Of a DNA stretch of 64,000 nucleotides, positions 38,610 through 51,461 are shown piece after piece (the stretch's first letter is position 1; each line of letters opens with the position of its first letter). The notes beneath the pieces were generated by a model. It ran no database searches. It had not been told where the DNA came from and worked only from the letters and a program-made list of their open reading frames with translations. The position numbers and the translations under genes were made by a program. Source of the DNA: Octopus vulgaris (lineage: Eukaryota). The stretch spans positions 33,108,001 through 33,172,000 of the forward strand of contig OX597814.1 in assembly GCA_951406725.2 (NCBI GenBank), given 5' to 3'.

Positions 38610-39049
38610 GAAGATTAGAAGCTTCGAATGAGCCGTCCGTGTTTTTTGTATCGTCTATTTGAATGTTTTGCATTCTTGTCCCATTTTGTATTTATATATA
38701 TATATATTATTGCGGCGTACGTACACCTTATTCTCTTATATGTATGTAAACATTTCACTAAACTTTGTACGACTTCTACACACACTCTCTCACATTTCTT
38801 TGTCTTTCTTACTTTGTACTTCACTGTCTCTGTCTTTCTCTTTTCTCGCCTCCTTGATTCTTTGGTCTCCTCTTTCCCCCACTCTCTCACATTTCTATGC
38901 CTTTCTTACTCTGCACTTCACTGACCATGTCTTTTTTTGTCTCGCACATCCTTGGCACGCTCTCTTTCTTCTCCTCCCCTCTTTAATTCTTTTTTCTCTC
39001 TCTTCTCCCTCTCTTTAAATCCTTTGCTCCCTTTTCTCTTTCTTCTCTT

Positions 39050-39198
39050 TTCACGTGACCGCTGGCCAACTATAGCCTTTTCGCTTCGGACCAGTGCCAC
39101 GATAACAACACATTCTTCGTCTGCCGTAAGGCATTATTTTACAAATACGCCAGCTAAGTTCCATTCGTCTAAGTCGAAAGACGTCTGTTGTTATGTCC

Positions 39199-39238
<40 letters not shown>

Positions 39239-39489
39239 TGTATTTATATTCGTGTAACATCGTCCGTTTTTCTGTCATTGTTTCGTATACATTCGATCCT
39301 TTTTCCAAGAAATCTAATGCTCGTAGCTTAGTTTTCCCTTGGGGCTGGCCAAATCGGAGCAATCCCAAGATTAATCAGCCGAAATTGCGAAGATGATCCT
39401 CCGGTTCTTGACTGAAGATTAGAGGCTTCGAATGACCTGTCCGTGTTTTTTGTATCGTTTATTTGAATGTTTTGCGTTCTTGTCCCATT

Positions 39490-39492
<3 letters not shown>
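39050..39492 (+). repeat. Unclassified dispersed repeat ending in (TA)n
   Basis: Homologous to 45463-45872; its 3' end recurs at 38608-38690 and inverted at about 4105-4178. Confidence 0.7.
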
Positions 39493-39538
<46 letters not shown>

Positions 39539-39605
39539 GTTTAAATATTTGTTGTGCAAGATTGGCTAAACTGGCAATATGACCATTCCGAAATATAACA
39601 ATATA

Positions 39606-39712
<107 letters not shown>

Positions 39713-39955
39713 ATATAAATATATATATATATACATACATACATATATATATATGTATGTATGTGTGTATGTGTGTATGTGTGTGTGTGTAGCATTGAGA
39801 TATTCTAGCTTTACGTATATATATATTCGTTTTATTTTATTTACAGATTGACTTTTCAAATTGTTAAGTTGCAAATATTATACTAATGTATTTTAACGTA
39901 GAACTACACTTAATCAAAAAATTCCTTCCAAAAAAGAATGTTTGGAAAGAGTATA

Positions 39956-40351
39956 TCTTTATATATAAAAGTGAAGTTGTGTGTCTGTCTCCTACGATTT
40001 AGATTCCTAACTACTCCCACATTTTGCGATGCAGTTTAACCAAAACCGGGTATCTTATAGTCGTGATTCATATCGAGCCCTTCTGGGTGTTAGCGCGCGT
40101 CTACGAGGAGTCTACGATTTAAAAAAAATTTATTATCATTTTTTCCATTTTAATGCATTTTTTCGCTATTATATAAGGGAAGTAACTCTCTAAAAATGTC
40201 TACGATGAGTCAGCGATTTAAAAAAAAATTTACCATCATTTTGTTTCCATTTTTAATGCATTTTTTTGCTATCTTTTGGCTATAACTCTCTAAAAATGCT
40301 TATATAGTTATTTCCCTTACAAACCCGAGCAACGCCGGGCGATACTGCTAG
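39956..40351 (+). mobile_element. Non-autonomous Helitron
   Basis: A|TC 5' end, subterminal GC hairpin CCCGAGCAACGCCGGG, CTAG|T 3' end, no TSD; internal ~100 bp tandem duplication (40099-40298). Confidence 0.8.
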
Positions 40352-40896
40352 TACTATATATGACTCAAAGAGAAGAAAAAGAAAGGCGGAAAACGGAAGG
40401 AGAAAGGAAAGTTGAAAAGAAGAAAAGAAGAGCGATAGAAAGAAAGCAAAAAGACTTTCAGTGTTGACCAAACCACACCTGTGCTTTTTTTAAGTGGTCA
40501 CCATCCTTAAACCCATTCCAGTACAATGGTAAAGGAAAAATAATTAAATAAATGAATGTATGGCAAACAGGAAGACTATACCCCTTCTCTCTCTCTCTCT
40601 TTCCCTCTACCCATCTGCCTATCTTTCTGACTATCTATCTATCGATCTATCTATCTATCTACCTATATTTCTATCTATCCATCTCCATTGTCTTGGAGCC
40701 TCACCCCACCCCACAAAAAAAAACAAATCCCCTAAAATACATCTGTTTTATATAAATGAACAAGCTGTTTGCACATTCGCAAAATTGCATTTGACAAGTT
40801 CTAGAGAGGAAGGAAAGTGCTAATATTAATGAAGAAATAATACAATTTTTTCCAAAATTCTGACAACTTTTCTTCTCTCTCTCTCTCTCCATATAT

Positions 40897-41301
40897 CTCT
40901 TTTACTCTTTTACTTGTTTCAGTCATTTGACTGCGGCCATGCTGGAGCACCGCCTTTAGTCGAGCAAATCGACCCCGGGACTTATTCTTTGTAATCCCAG
41001 TACTTATTCTATCGGTCTCTTTTGCCGAACCGCTAAGTAACGGGGACGTAAACACACCAGCATCGGTTGTCAAGCAATGCTAGGGGGACAAACACAGACA
41101 CACAAACATATACACACACACTTATATATACATATATACGACAGGCTTCTTTCAGTTTCCGTCTACCAAATCCACTCACAAGGCATTAGTCGGCCCGGGG
41201 CTATATCAGAAGACACTTGCCCAAGATGCCACGCAGTGGGACTGAACCCGGAACCATGTGGTTGGCTAGCAAGCTACTTACCACACAGCCACTCCTGCGC
41301 C
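40897..41301 (-). mobile_element. SINE family A, full length
   Basis: Runs from the GGCGCAGGAGTGGCTGTGTGG head to the GTAAAAGA-repeat tail. Confidence 0.92.
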
Positions 41302-41335
<34 letters not shown>

Positions 41336-41813
41336 TGTATGTATGTATGTATGTATGTATGTATGTATATGTATATGTTACCGTTTATCAAATTAACATG
41401 AGCAAGAAATTTGTAAACAAGTTTAAGTTCAATTCATTTAACTTTTTTACTTAACAGCATAGATCTTTAATAGATTAATATTTATATTTAAGTGTAACGC
41501 TGTCTTTGCATTTAAAATTTTTCCCCTCATCAAGAGAAGAAAAAGACAAAGGAATGGAGACATATCTGTATTATTAGGCTGCGATTTAAATCCAAAGACA
41601 AACAAGTATGGTACAATATATTTAGTTCGTCCCACTCCTTAGCATCACTGAAGACAGTAATCGAAAATATTTTTATACACAAAGCAACTAGTGCCGTGCG
41701 TGATCTCTATGAATTAGAAAACATGATGAACGACAACTATAGAGTTATTGGCAGAAATATTATCATAACTGCGTATTTGGCACGATTTAAGGTCGTAGCA
41801 GTATATTTATAAG

Positions 41814-41872
<59 letters not shown>

Positions 41873-42572
41873 AAGCTATTGATACGACAGATATTTCCTG
41901 AGTGAAATAAGAATACTAAGGAATAAAATAAAGACATTGTTGGAAGATATGAAAGGAACAACTCACTTTTGGCCTCTGGCTTTGAAATAGTTAGAAGCTA
42001 CGCCATTGAAATTGTTCGCAGCTACGAAAGACATATTCTATTTTATAGATTGAAATATTTAAGTATTGAAAATGCCAAAGACACGAAATGAAAACCACAA
42101 AACTGAGTATTATATATTGCATCTTCGTCGCTTTGAAAAAGGCACTGTTGCAAAGATATTTGTAATATAAATTTGATTCTAGATGATTTGTTGTCTCTCT
42201 CTGTAGGGAAATATTGCACGAGTGTAACCATATGAGATATAGAATTAAAAACGAGGAATAAAACTTCTTAAGAAAGAATATAATAAATCTTAACTCTGAA
42301 AATGAGAATCATGTTCTGTACATCAATCGCTTTCGTTTACTTCAGCAGTTATGAATCAGTATCTATGTGTCTTCTCTACTTGCTAGATATAGCAGTCGAA
42401 TGAATCTCTAGTAACGTTTTATTGTCTTTCGTTAAAACTGAATGTCGGATAATGTAATCATGAATTCATTGTACTATGGAAAAAGACAGAGGGAGTGATC
42501 ACGTATTGAATAGTTTGGATCATATGTTTGTTTGATTATGAATGATCTGGCCTAAACAACTTCGCTTAGATT

Positions 42573-43112
42573 AGAAGACGAAGAAGAAGAAGAAGGAGGA
42601 GGAGGAGGAGGAGAATAAGAGGAAGAGGAGGAGAAGGAGGAAAATGAAGAAGAAGAAGAAGAAGAGGAAGAGAAAGGACTAGAGAAAGAATAAGAGAAAG
42701 GACAAGAGGGAGAAGAGAGTACGAGGAAGAAGAGTGCGAGGAAGAAGAAGATAAAGAGGAAGAAAAGGGGAGGAGGAAGAGGAAGAAGAAGAAGAAAAAG
42801 AGGAGGAGGAGGAGAAGGAAAAGGGAGGGGATGAAGAAGAGGAGGAGGAGGAGGAGGAGAAGGAAAAGGAAGGGGATGAAGAAGAGGAGGAGGAGGAGGA
42901 GGAGAAGGAAAAGGAAGGGGATGAAGAAGAGGAGGAGGAGAAGGAAAAGGAAGGGGATGAAGAAAAGGAGGAGGAGGAGAAGGAAAAGGAAGGGGATGAA
43001 GAAGAGGAGGAGGAGGAGGAGGAGGAAGGACAAGTGGAAGAAGAAGAAGAGGAGGAGGAGGAGGAGGAGGAAGGACAAGAGGAGGAAGAAGAAGAAGAAG
43101 AAGAAGAAGAGA
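42573..43112. repeat. Polypurine (GAG/GAA)n tract with ~36-42 bp higher-order unit
   Basis: Unit (GGA)n-GAAGGAAAAGGAAGGGGATGAAGAAGA occurs about five times at 42800-43005. Confidence 0.9.
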
Positions 43113-43348
43113 TGCGATCAAGAGACAGCAAGAGAGAGATACTAACGGGAGAGAGAAAGGGAGAAGTGTTTGCGTGTATTTGAAAGAAAGCAGATAGAAA
43201 GAGAACGAAAATAAAAGAGAAAGAAAACCACGAACATACTACACTTGCCAGTCCACCACAGAAAGGCTTTCTCCTCAGTCTCAATCAACTTCTCCGTCAC
43301 ATCAGCCATATTGTGTCCTCTTCTGTCAACCATATTGTGTTCTTTACC

Positions 43349-43549
43349 TATTTCTTTATTACCCACAAGGGGCTGAACATAGAGGGGACAAACATGGACA
43401 GACATAGGTATTAAGTCGATTATATCGACCCCAGTGCTTAACTGGTACTTAATTTATCGACCCCGAAAGGATGAAAGGCAAAGTCGACCTCGGCGGAATT
43501 TGAACTCACAACGTAACGGCAGACGAAATACCGCTAAGCATTTCGCCCG
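43349..43549 (-). mobile_element. 5'-truncated SINE family B with 25 bp flanking direct repeat
   Basis: TGTCAACCATATTGTGTTCTTTACC at 43324-43348 and 43552-43576. Confidence 0.88.
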
Positions 43550-44793
43550 TATGTCAACCATATTGTGTTCTTTACCGTCGTATCAACCATATTGTGTCCT
43601 CTCCTGAAGTATGCTCTAACCATTTAGTTTTTTTTTTCTCTCCAGAACATCACTTCCGCTCAAAAATCATTCTCTAAAGATGTTTTATTTTTCTATAATC
43701 ATCAACTTCCAGCTGCTTACAAGGAACATCATGCACATCAATATCATTCTTCATTGAGAGCCTACGAACACCATGGCTATAGTTCCTTTCTTTATTTGAA
43801 GACATTTTAAAAAGAACAGAGAGTTGCACCCTATTATATCTTATCAGGTCAGGTCTCCGCTTGGAGCTACTGGTAACATGTAATCCAGTACAACCTGTTA
43901 CATGGTCGGATCGTTGGCGACTAAACTGGCAACCCCACCAAGATTTCTTGGTGAGGAGGGTGATTTGGACACCCAGCAGGACTAAAAACAAAACCTGTCA
44001 AAGGGCAGAGGAACTCTCTCATGAGTTAATGGCCATCCAAAATCCGGAGTGGAGCCCCTAAGGCGGTTGGATTGCGCCATGCGTGCCACCTTCCGGCAGC
44101 TCCTGCATCTTGGTCTACCCCAAGTCGTCTTGACTTTGTCTTGCCACTGGATCCGGCGCACCAGGACGAGAGAGTGAGGCTGATCCTGCGCAAGTCACCC
44201 TCACTATAATCCAATTCACGCGCATGTCACGAAAAATAATAATAATAATAATTGGTCATCTTCGAACCGAAGGACGAACATTATTATTATATCTTATATC
44301 AAGAAATGCTTACTTAATCATATACACAACGCAACGTCTATGAATGCATATCAACCAACATAAAACATGCTTATAAAAGAGAGGTAGCTTCTAAGAACAC
44401 AGTTCTCTACAAATAACTGTCAAGTCCCTCTAGTGTTACTGCTACGGAAACAAAAACAGAACATATTAGGTCATATTGGATAATGTCATTCTAAATGCGC
44501 TATACTTGAAACTAAAAAGAAACGGTGTTAAATAACAATTGTTATCCTATCAACCTAGCTAATATACTTCTTGGACAGATAAAGAAGAAATATTATCTTA
44601 AGTGTCTGTGATGTGCTTCCTCTCGTATACATTTACCAGTATTGCTGTTTAGAATAACACCTACGCAAATTTTATAAACAAAACATTCAGAAGACATGTC
44701 TCCAGAATTTAATCATTACTATCATCGTTTTGTCATGGTCCGTTGCTGTTCTAGTTTTAGTTTGGATTTCATTTGTTTTATAGCTTTTGTTGC

Positions 44794-44946
44794 TTCTTCT
44801 TCTTCTTCTTCTTCTTCTTCTTCTTCTTCTTCTTCTTCTTCTTCTTCTTCTTCTTCTTCTTCTTCTCCTTCTTCTTCTTCTTCTTCTTCTTCTTCTTCTT
44901 CTTCTTCTTCTTCTTCTTCTTCTTCTTCTTCTTCTTCTTCTTCTTC
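44794..44946. repeat. (TTC)n microsatellite
   Basis: Directly visible. Confidence 0.97.
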
Positions 44947-44979
44947 CCTATCAAGAATGCACAACGACCTCGAACCCAC

Positions 44980-45172
44980 AAGAGTAAACAAGAGAGACAG
45001 AGACAGGCAGAAACAAGGAAAATGCCACTTGTATTTGAATACTATGCAAATATTCTTTTAAAAAACTTTTCTTTTAGTTTTTCCAAAATTTAATTGTTTT
45101 CCATACTTACAATTGAAAAACTCTCAATGACTGAAACCGATACTGAAATGTTTTTTATAAAACTACTTTAGC

Positions 45173-45175
<3 letters not shown>
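44980..45175 (+). mobile_element. PLE-like 3' end carrying a U3:A8 HHR (family shared with 55778-55997 and 30690-30800)
   Basis: Close similarity to 55778-55970; degenerate TTGAAAA...GACT-GAAACCGATA-CTG at 45110-45148; ends at (TA)n. Confidence 0.65.
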
Positions 45176-45229
<54 letters not shown>

Positions 45230-45267
45230 TATATATATATATATACTATATATATACATATATGCAC

Positions 45268-45462
45268 ATGTAACCGTGTGTGTATCGCTGGCGATTTTCT
45301 TTCTCCGTCTTCCCTTCTTTGGACTTTTTCTATATTTCTGATGAAGAGCTCTGCTCGAAACGTGAAATCCCCTTTCTTTTCTTTCCTTTGTTGACCGTCC
45401 AATAATACATTACTTGTATCACGTCTTCGCGTAGTTGTTTTTTCTTGTGTGTTCTTGGTTAG
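45268..45462 (+). mobile_element. Solo pLTR-like mini-element with HHR
   Basis: ATTT-CTGATGA-A-GAGC-TCT-GCTC-GAAAC-GTG-AAAT at 45334-45368; homologous to 53406-53610 on the minus strand. Confidence 0.7.
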
Positions 45463-45872
45463 ACCGACAGTAAAATTAATGTATCTTTGCCGTAAGGCTT
45501 CATTTCCACACTCGCCATCTTAATTCTATTCGTCCTTAGTTGAAAGACACCTGTTGTTATGTCCTGTTATTATTTTTACTGTATTTTTTAATTGTATTTT
45601 GTCCCTGTTTTCCATCCTTGTTTTTGTATACATTCGCTGCTTTCTTCCAAGGAATCTAATACTCTTAGCTTAGTTTTTCCTTGGGGCTGGCCAGATTGGA
45701 GCAATCTCAAGAATAATCAGCCGAAATTAGGAGGATAATCTGATTCTTGACTGAAGATAGAAAACTTCGAATGACTCGTCCTTGTTTTCTTTGTATCGTC
45801 TCTCTGGAAACTTTGTTGTCCCTTTTTGTATCACCTAGTTGTCCGATGTTTTGCTTTCATGTCCCATTTTGT
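45463..45872 (+). repeat. Second copy of the unclassified repeat at 39050-39492
   Basis: Shared blocks tgccgtaagg, gaaagac..ctgttgttatgtcctg, cttggggctggcca, cagccgaaatt, ttcttgactgaagat. Confidence 0.7.
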
Positions 45873-46498
45873 ATTATACACACACACACGCATACACACA
45901 CACACATACACACACACATACACACACACACATATATATATATATTCTTGAAACCTGGATAAATTGTGTATTCGTTCATTCTTCTTAAAGTGGCTTTGAT
46001 CGGTTTTGATTATTGTTGCAATATTTACTTGTTTGTGATTTTCCAATATTTTCAGAACTAATGGGTGATGTGTTTTAAGATATATACTACGCGTATATAC
46101 TGGAATTTGTATGTATGTGTTCCTGTGTTTACCTATGTCTACAAGTATCTATGTGAGGAATATTTTTCAAATATATTTAATGTCTAAAGAAAATTTGACT
46201 TGAACAATCGAACGATATTGGTATCAAAACACAATTTTTGCAAATAACTATTTACTTACTGTATCTATATATTATTTACTTTTCTGTCTTGTGATAAAAA
46301 GAATCAAGAATCATCATTGATTTTTCCTTTGTTTAATTTTTAGCAAACTCGTATTTCCTTTGGGAAAAATATGAACGTCGCACAATCCCATTTTTTTTAA
46401 ATTTTGCTTTTACAGAAGGCTTTGCATAAGATTCGCGTATGAATGTATACGTACATTTCTCTGTGTGCCTGTGCGTGTGTGTGTATCTGTGTGTGTCT

Positions 46499-46548
<50 letters not shown>

Positions 46549-46569
46549 ACACGCAGACACACATATACT

Positions 46570-46601
<32 letters not shown>

Positions 46602-47791
46602 CATGTATGCATGTATGTATGTATTATACACACACAAATATATATGCAACATGTATATACATTATGTATATTGTTATTTATATTTAAGAATCCATTATTA
46701 TATAATCACAATAAATGTACAATAAATAAACAAAAGAGAAAAGTTTGTAAACAAGACTATACTTTTTTCCCCTTATCCCTTATTGTCATATTACTGCTTT
46801 TTAATCTGTTACCACCCAACGGATATATACAATACTGACAATACTGTCTAATGAATACGTTACAATGCGACACACCGTATCGATATACTTCCAAACAACA
46901 ACCAACTATGTGAACATTGATAAATATGGTGTTTCCAGAACTGTGATGGCCGACATATTTATCGAATAAACACAGTGTATCAATGTAGTACAGACTTGAG
47001 TAGCTCATCGATTGCTATGATTGATGGCACATCTGAGAAATCGGTGATTGTTTCTTTGTAGTCAGAACTAAGATTCCTTGTTAAGCTAAAGAAGGAAAAG
47101 ATAAAATCCTTCTATTTCATTTTTTAATAACCCTTAAATGGCACCCGTCGATCTATTAAGTTTGCTGGGCAAGAAAATGTTAATACTCATACTAATTTTC
47201 CACTAAAACCACCATGCATGTCTGGTACCTTGTTACTTTAGGCAGGTACGCCGCCGAAAAGTTCGGAGACTCTGATTTCTACTAGGTTTCAAAATACCAG
47301 AACTGGAGTGAATTAAGGACCTTATAGATATATAGATTCTCATTTGTTTTTCCAATAAAAGTGTTAGTTACCTGCCTTGTCATCTGATATAATATCAAGG
47401 CATCTAACCATGGCGATGTATTTAAATCTAAACCAAGCTCACTGAATAAATCACTCAGATGTATACATCAAGTGGCTTTTCATGATGTATGAGATTGCTA
47501 GCCTAGTAACTATAGAGAAACAGGAAATGTTTAAAGAGATTTTTTTTCCTTGAGGCTCGAAGACAAACAATCCCAAAAAGGTTATCCTCACTGCAGATGT
47601 TGGCTTGTGGGTTTGTTTTCTTTTTTTCTCGCTAAGAAATGTTATGCTATAACAATAACTTTATGGCGTTAATTACTATTGTAATATTGAGATTGCTGAT
47701 CTTAGGAAATACGATGAGGTATGTATGCATGTATCTATATATACACATATGTAAGTACGTATGTCTGTATCGTATACACACACACACACAC

Positions 47792-47861
<70 letters not shown>

Positions 47862-48362
47862 GTAAATACACATTTACTAGCTAAAGAATATCAGAAAATT
47901 GTTTATCTATATATTCCTACAGAAATTTTTTCGTCTTGGAGACGAGACGTCTTCTACTCTGATATCTAATCATATGAATATTTGTCACCTCTAGTTATCT
48001 AGATAGTCACAAAGCAAATCATTATTCAAGTGTCCTGAGGTGTGTTATTCTACCATGTAATATTTCAACTAATGATTACATGCCAGAAATTATTATAAAT
48101 ATGTTAGAGTACGGTGAGTGTATAATCTACCTCTCGTTTTCTATCTTCTTTTATTTTTCTCTATAGACACAGATACATATTCATACAAACACGCAAACAT
48201 ATGTTTGTCCATGTGTGCGAATGTAAATTTGCAAATATATACGAACATATACATATATAAATATAGATCTATATATAAATAAGGACGTATATATAACTAT
48301 CATTATGTACACACACACACACACATATATATACACATATATATATACACACACATATATAA

Positions 48363-48405
<43 letters not shown>

Positions 48406-48440
48406 TACAGACAAACTGACAGACAGACAGACAGACAGAC

Positions 48441-48536
<96 letters not shown>

Positions 48537-48744
48537 GCAATCGTGGTGAATTGGCAGACGGATTGGCGAATCGGATAGAATGCCTTGCGGTATTTTTCAA
48601 CAAATGGTGCTGATTTCAAATTCCGCTGAAATCACCTTTGCTTTCTCTCTTTTGGGTTGTGGAAACAAAATAATAATTCATGGTAATGTATCGGAAGAAC
48701 TTTAAGAAGGTCGGACTGGATGGCTCTGGTAGCATTCTTGCGCT

Positions 48745-48783
48745 CTGATGATAACATAGAACAGTACTGTTATGAAAGGTGTA
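48745..48783 (+). ncRNA. Degenerate hammerhead motif
   Basis: CTGATGA-TAACA...TGTTA-tGAAA...GTA; stems I and III are poor. Confidence 0.35.
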
Positions 48784-48877
48784 TTTGTGGATATATCAGA
48801 TAATCATGCATAAACATTTTCCCCACAATAGCGACTTGAAGAAAATATTCCATGTCCAGAAAAACATCTGAATATTG

Positions 48878-48935
<58 letters not shown>

Positions 48936-49188
48936 CTATCTCTCTCTCTCCCTGTCTACCTCTTTCTCCCTTTCCCCCTCTCTCTCTTCCCCTCTCCTCT
49001 TCATCTCTCTTTCCAAATATATATATATATATATATACTTATATATAAGTCAATAAATAGTGGGGTTGTGTTGACCGCACGTGGAGAAATGATAGGCAAG
49101 GAAAAATTATAAAAAGGCAGAATGCTAAATTGAAGTTAAATTTTAATGAACATGGGTGTATAGAAAATTAAATTTTTTTAAAAATATT

Positions 49189-49230
49189 AATTCTAACCGG
49201 TTTTCGTGGCAATGTGACTTTTCAAGAATT
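49189..49230 (-). ncRNA. Minimal hammerhead, U3:A8 variant, second family
   Basis: AATTC-TTGAAAA-GT...AC-GAAA-ACCGGT-TA-GAATT; stem I AATTC/GAATT, palindromic AACCGGTT. Confidence 0.5.
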
Positions 49231-49325
49231 GTAAGGTGAAAAGAAAATTTATTTTATAATTGAGGAGGGGGAAAGAAGAAAATTACATTGTTTTTTGCAA
49301 AAAAATAATAAACATATACAAAAAT

Positions 49326-49359
<34 letters not shown>

Positions 49360-49810
49360 TGTATGTATGTATGTATGTATAGATATGTGTGTGCATAACT
49401 TTTAACAGCTTATAAGTCAAAACGCTGTTCTACCTGTTGCGTAAGCTGTGCTATTTAATTAGTTTTCACTAAAACACAGTACTGACTTACAAACATTATT
49501 ATACTTGGTAGCGCAATATGAATGCAAAACGAAATGTGGCGTTCCTACCAATGCTTGATATGTATGTATCAGTTGACAGCGGTGTGTTTAATATGTAAAT
49601 TGGTCTATTAGTAGCGTTAGACTACTAAACGTCGTGGCTATTTAATCAATGTCTGCATAGATGGTTAATGGGTTGGACGTGGTGGTCAAAAAGAAGCAAC
49701 AACTCCAAAAATATGCATATACATCCATTATCAACTTTTCTATCTTGCGATCGCATTGCTTATATCGTAACATTCAACTCTGGCTAAAAATTCTATAGAA
49801 AACGTGTACA

Positions 49811-49971
49811 GGCGTAGAAGTGGCTGTGTGGTAAGTAGCTTGCTTACCAGCCACGTCGTTCCGGGTTCAGTCCCACTGCTTGGCACCTTGGGCAAGTGTC
49901 TTCTACTAGAGCCTCGGGCCGACCAAAGCCTTATGAGTGGATTTGGTAGACGGAAACTGAAAGAAGCCCGT

Positions 49972-49974
<3 letters not shown>
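49811..49974 (+). mobile_element. SINE family A, 5' half (interrupted by PLE insertion)
   Basis: Head through GAAAGAAGCCCGTCG, then (TA)n. Confidence 0.9.
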
Positions 49975-50015
<41 letters not shown>

Positions 50016-50037
50016 ATGTTACATTACTCGGTAGTCA

Positions 50038-50100
50038 AGATAAAACTCTGAGTTTCAGATGCCGAAGTGGAAATCCACAACACCATCTCTTCGGTTATCT
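50038..50100 (-). ncRNA. Inverted copy of the Naiad-like hammerhead
   Basis: Reverse complement of 52622-52684. Confidence 0.7.
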
Positions 50101-50295
50101 GGCTATTTGAAAACGTTATGAAAAAATACCGTTAAAAATGAAGGGAAATTACTCTGTTATAACTCTGCTTTGCCTGCGTACTTATACATCGCTCGCATAT
50201 TTTCGTCATAAAAATTATATAAAAATACATAAAAATATATAAAAATACATAAAAATATATAAAATCTTCTTGGGACATAACACAGAAAGCATGTT

Positions 50296-51459
50296 CTATC
50301 CGTTTTCTTTAGGGGACCAAAAACGTAACAGAAATTTAGTCACATGTGGGCATGATCCGAAAAGCTCTGTCCTTGTATTTAGACATGTGGTAGGGTCTAA
50401 GCTGCTTTTCCAGATAAGCCATCTCTCCATGTCGCATAAACCGCACCTTCCGCTGCCGTTAGTGTAGGGCTTACATCTGGCCAAAATCTTCCATTGTATG
50501 TTATAATCGACACCTTTATCTCTTAAAGACCAAATATGATTGGATAATTGTGTCGCTTTTCTTTTGTTCCAGTGCCTAAAGCTCAAAGTGTGGTTATTGA
50601 ACCTGGCCTTGAAATTACCCTCTGTCAGGCCCACGTATTTCTTCGTCGAAACGGTGTCTTTAGTGGTTATAGAGTTTACGGTAGCTTCATATATGATGGT
50701 CTTGGACATGCAAGCTCCATTTAGCGGGCACAATTCTTTATTCCTGCATGAACAGCTGTTTTCTTCTTGTGTTTTTTGTATGTTATGATTGATTATGTTT
50801 TTAAAATTGGTAGTTGAACTAAAACTAATTTTTAAATTGTGTCTATTGAAGAGTTTCCTATAAGCATGGTTAACTGGAAAATGTCTATCTATCAGTACTA
50901 GGAAATATTTACCTATATTGAAGGCCACCTCGGGTGAGTAAGGGGGCGTAAACCAGATGACCTTCCTATTTCTATTATTCCTTTTCCTTACTGTTGGGCT
51001 GGTGATAGGTGTATATTTTATTTTTTCGCTAAAACCACTATCTTTTAAAGCTTTATTATAAACTGGGGCAACGCTATTGAAGATGTCCTCATTAGATGAG
51101 AGGCTAGAAATCTTCTTACTAATATTTTTAACTAAATTTTTGAATACTATAGGGGGATGGCATGAACCTACATTAATATAACTTAGTCTATCATTGGGCT
51201 TCCTATAAGGCTTATAAATATTATTATTAAGATCTAAGGAAACGTCTAAGAAATTGACAATCGTCAGGTTAGTGTCTATAGTTATACTAAGTCCGAAGTG
51301 TTTCATTAACTGGATAATATCCTTCCTAAAACGATCTTGTGCTGGTCCATTTGTATTAGCTGTTAAGGCGAGGGCATCATCTTTGTAGATGGCGAAATGT
51401 ACGCTAGGGAATGTCTTACCGAAGGTATCTAGGAGAAAGAGTCCAATTAGATCACAGAC
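50296..51459 (-). pseudogene. 5'-truncated PLE ORF: RT C-terminal part (YKDD), thumb and GIY-YIG endonuclease
   Basis: VCDLIGLFLL, AIYKDDAL, VNFLDV, PYRKP, CSCRNKELC (CxCx5C), IIY...KYVGLT, RFNNH, CGLC, LNTRTE, CPH; uninterrupted frame. Confidence 0.9.
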
Positions 51460-51461
51460 GG

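Noticed and set aside
42552-43284. Proline-rich extensin-like ORF
   Set aside because: Reverse translation of a polypurine repeat, open in several frames.
43830-44210. Possible LINE UTR fragment
   Set aside because: GC-richer and TE-like, but with no motif I can assign.
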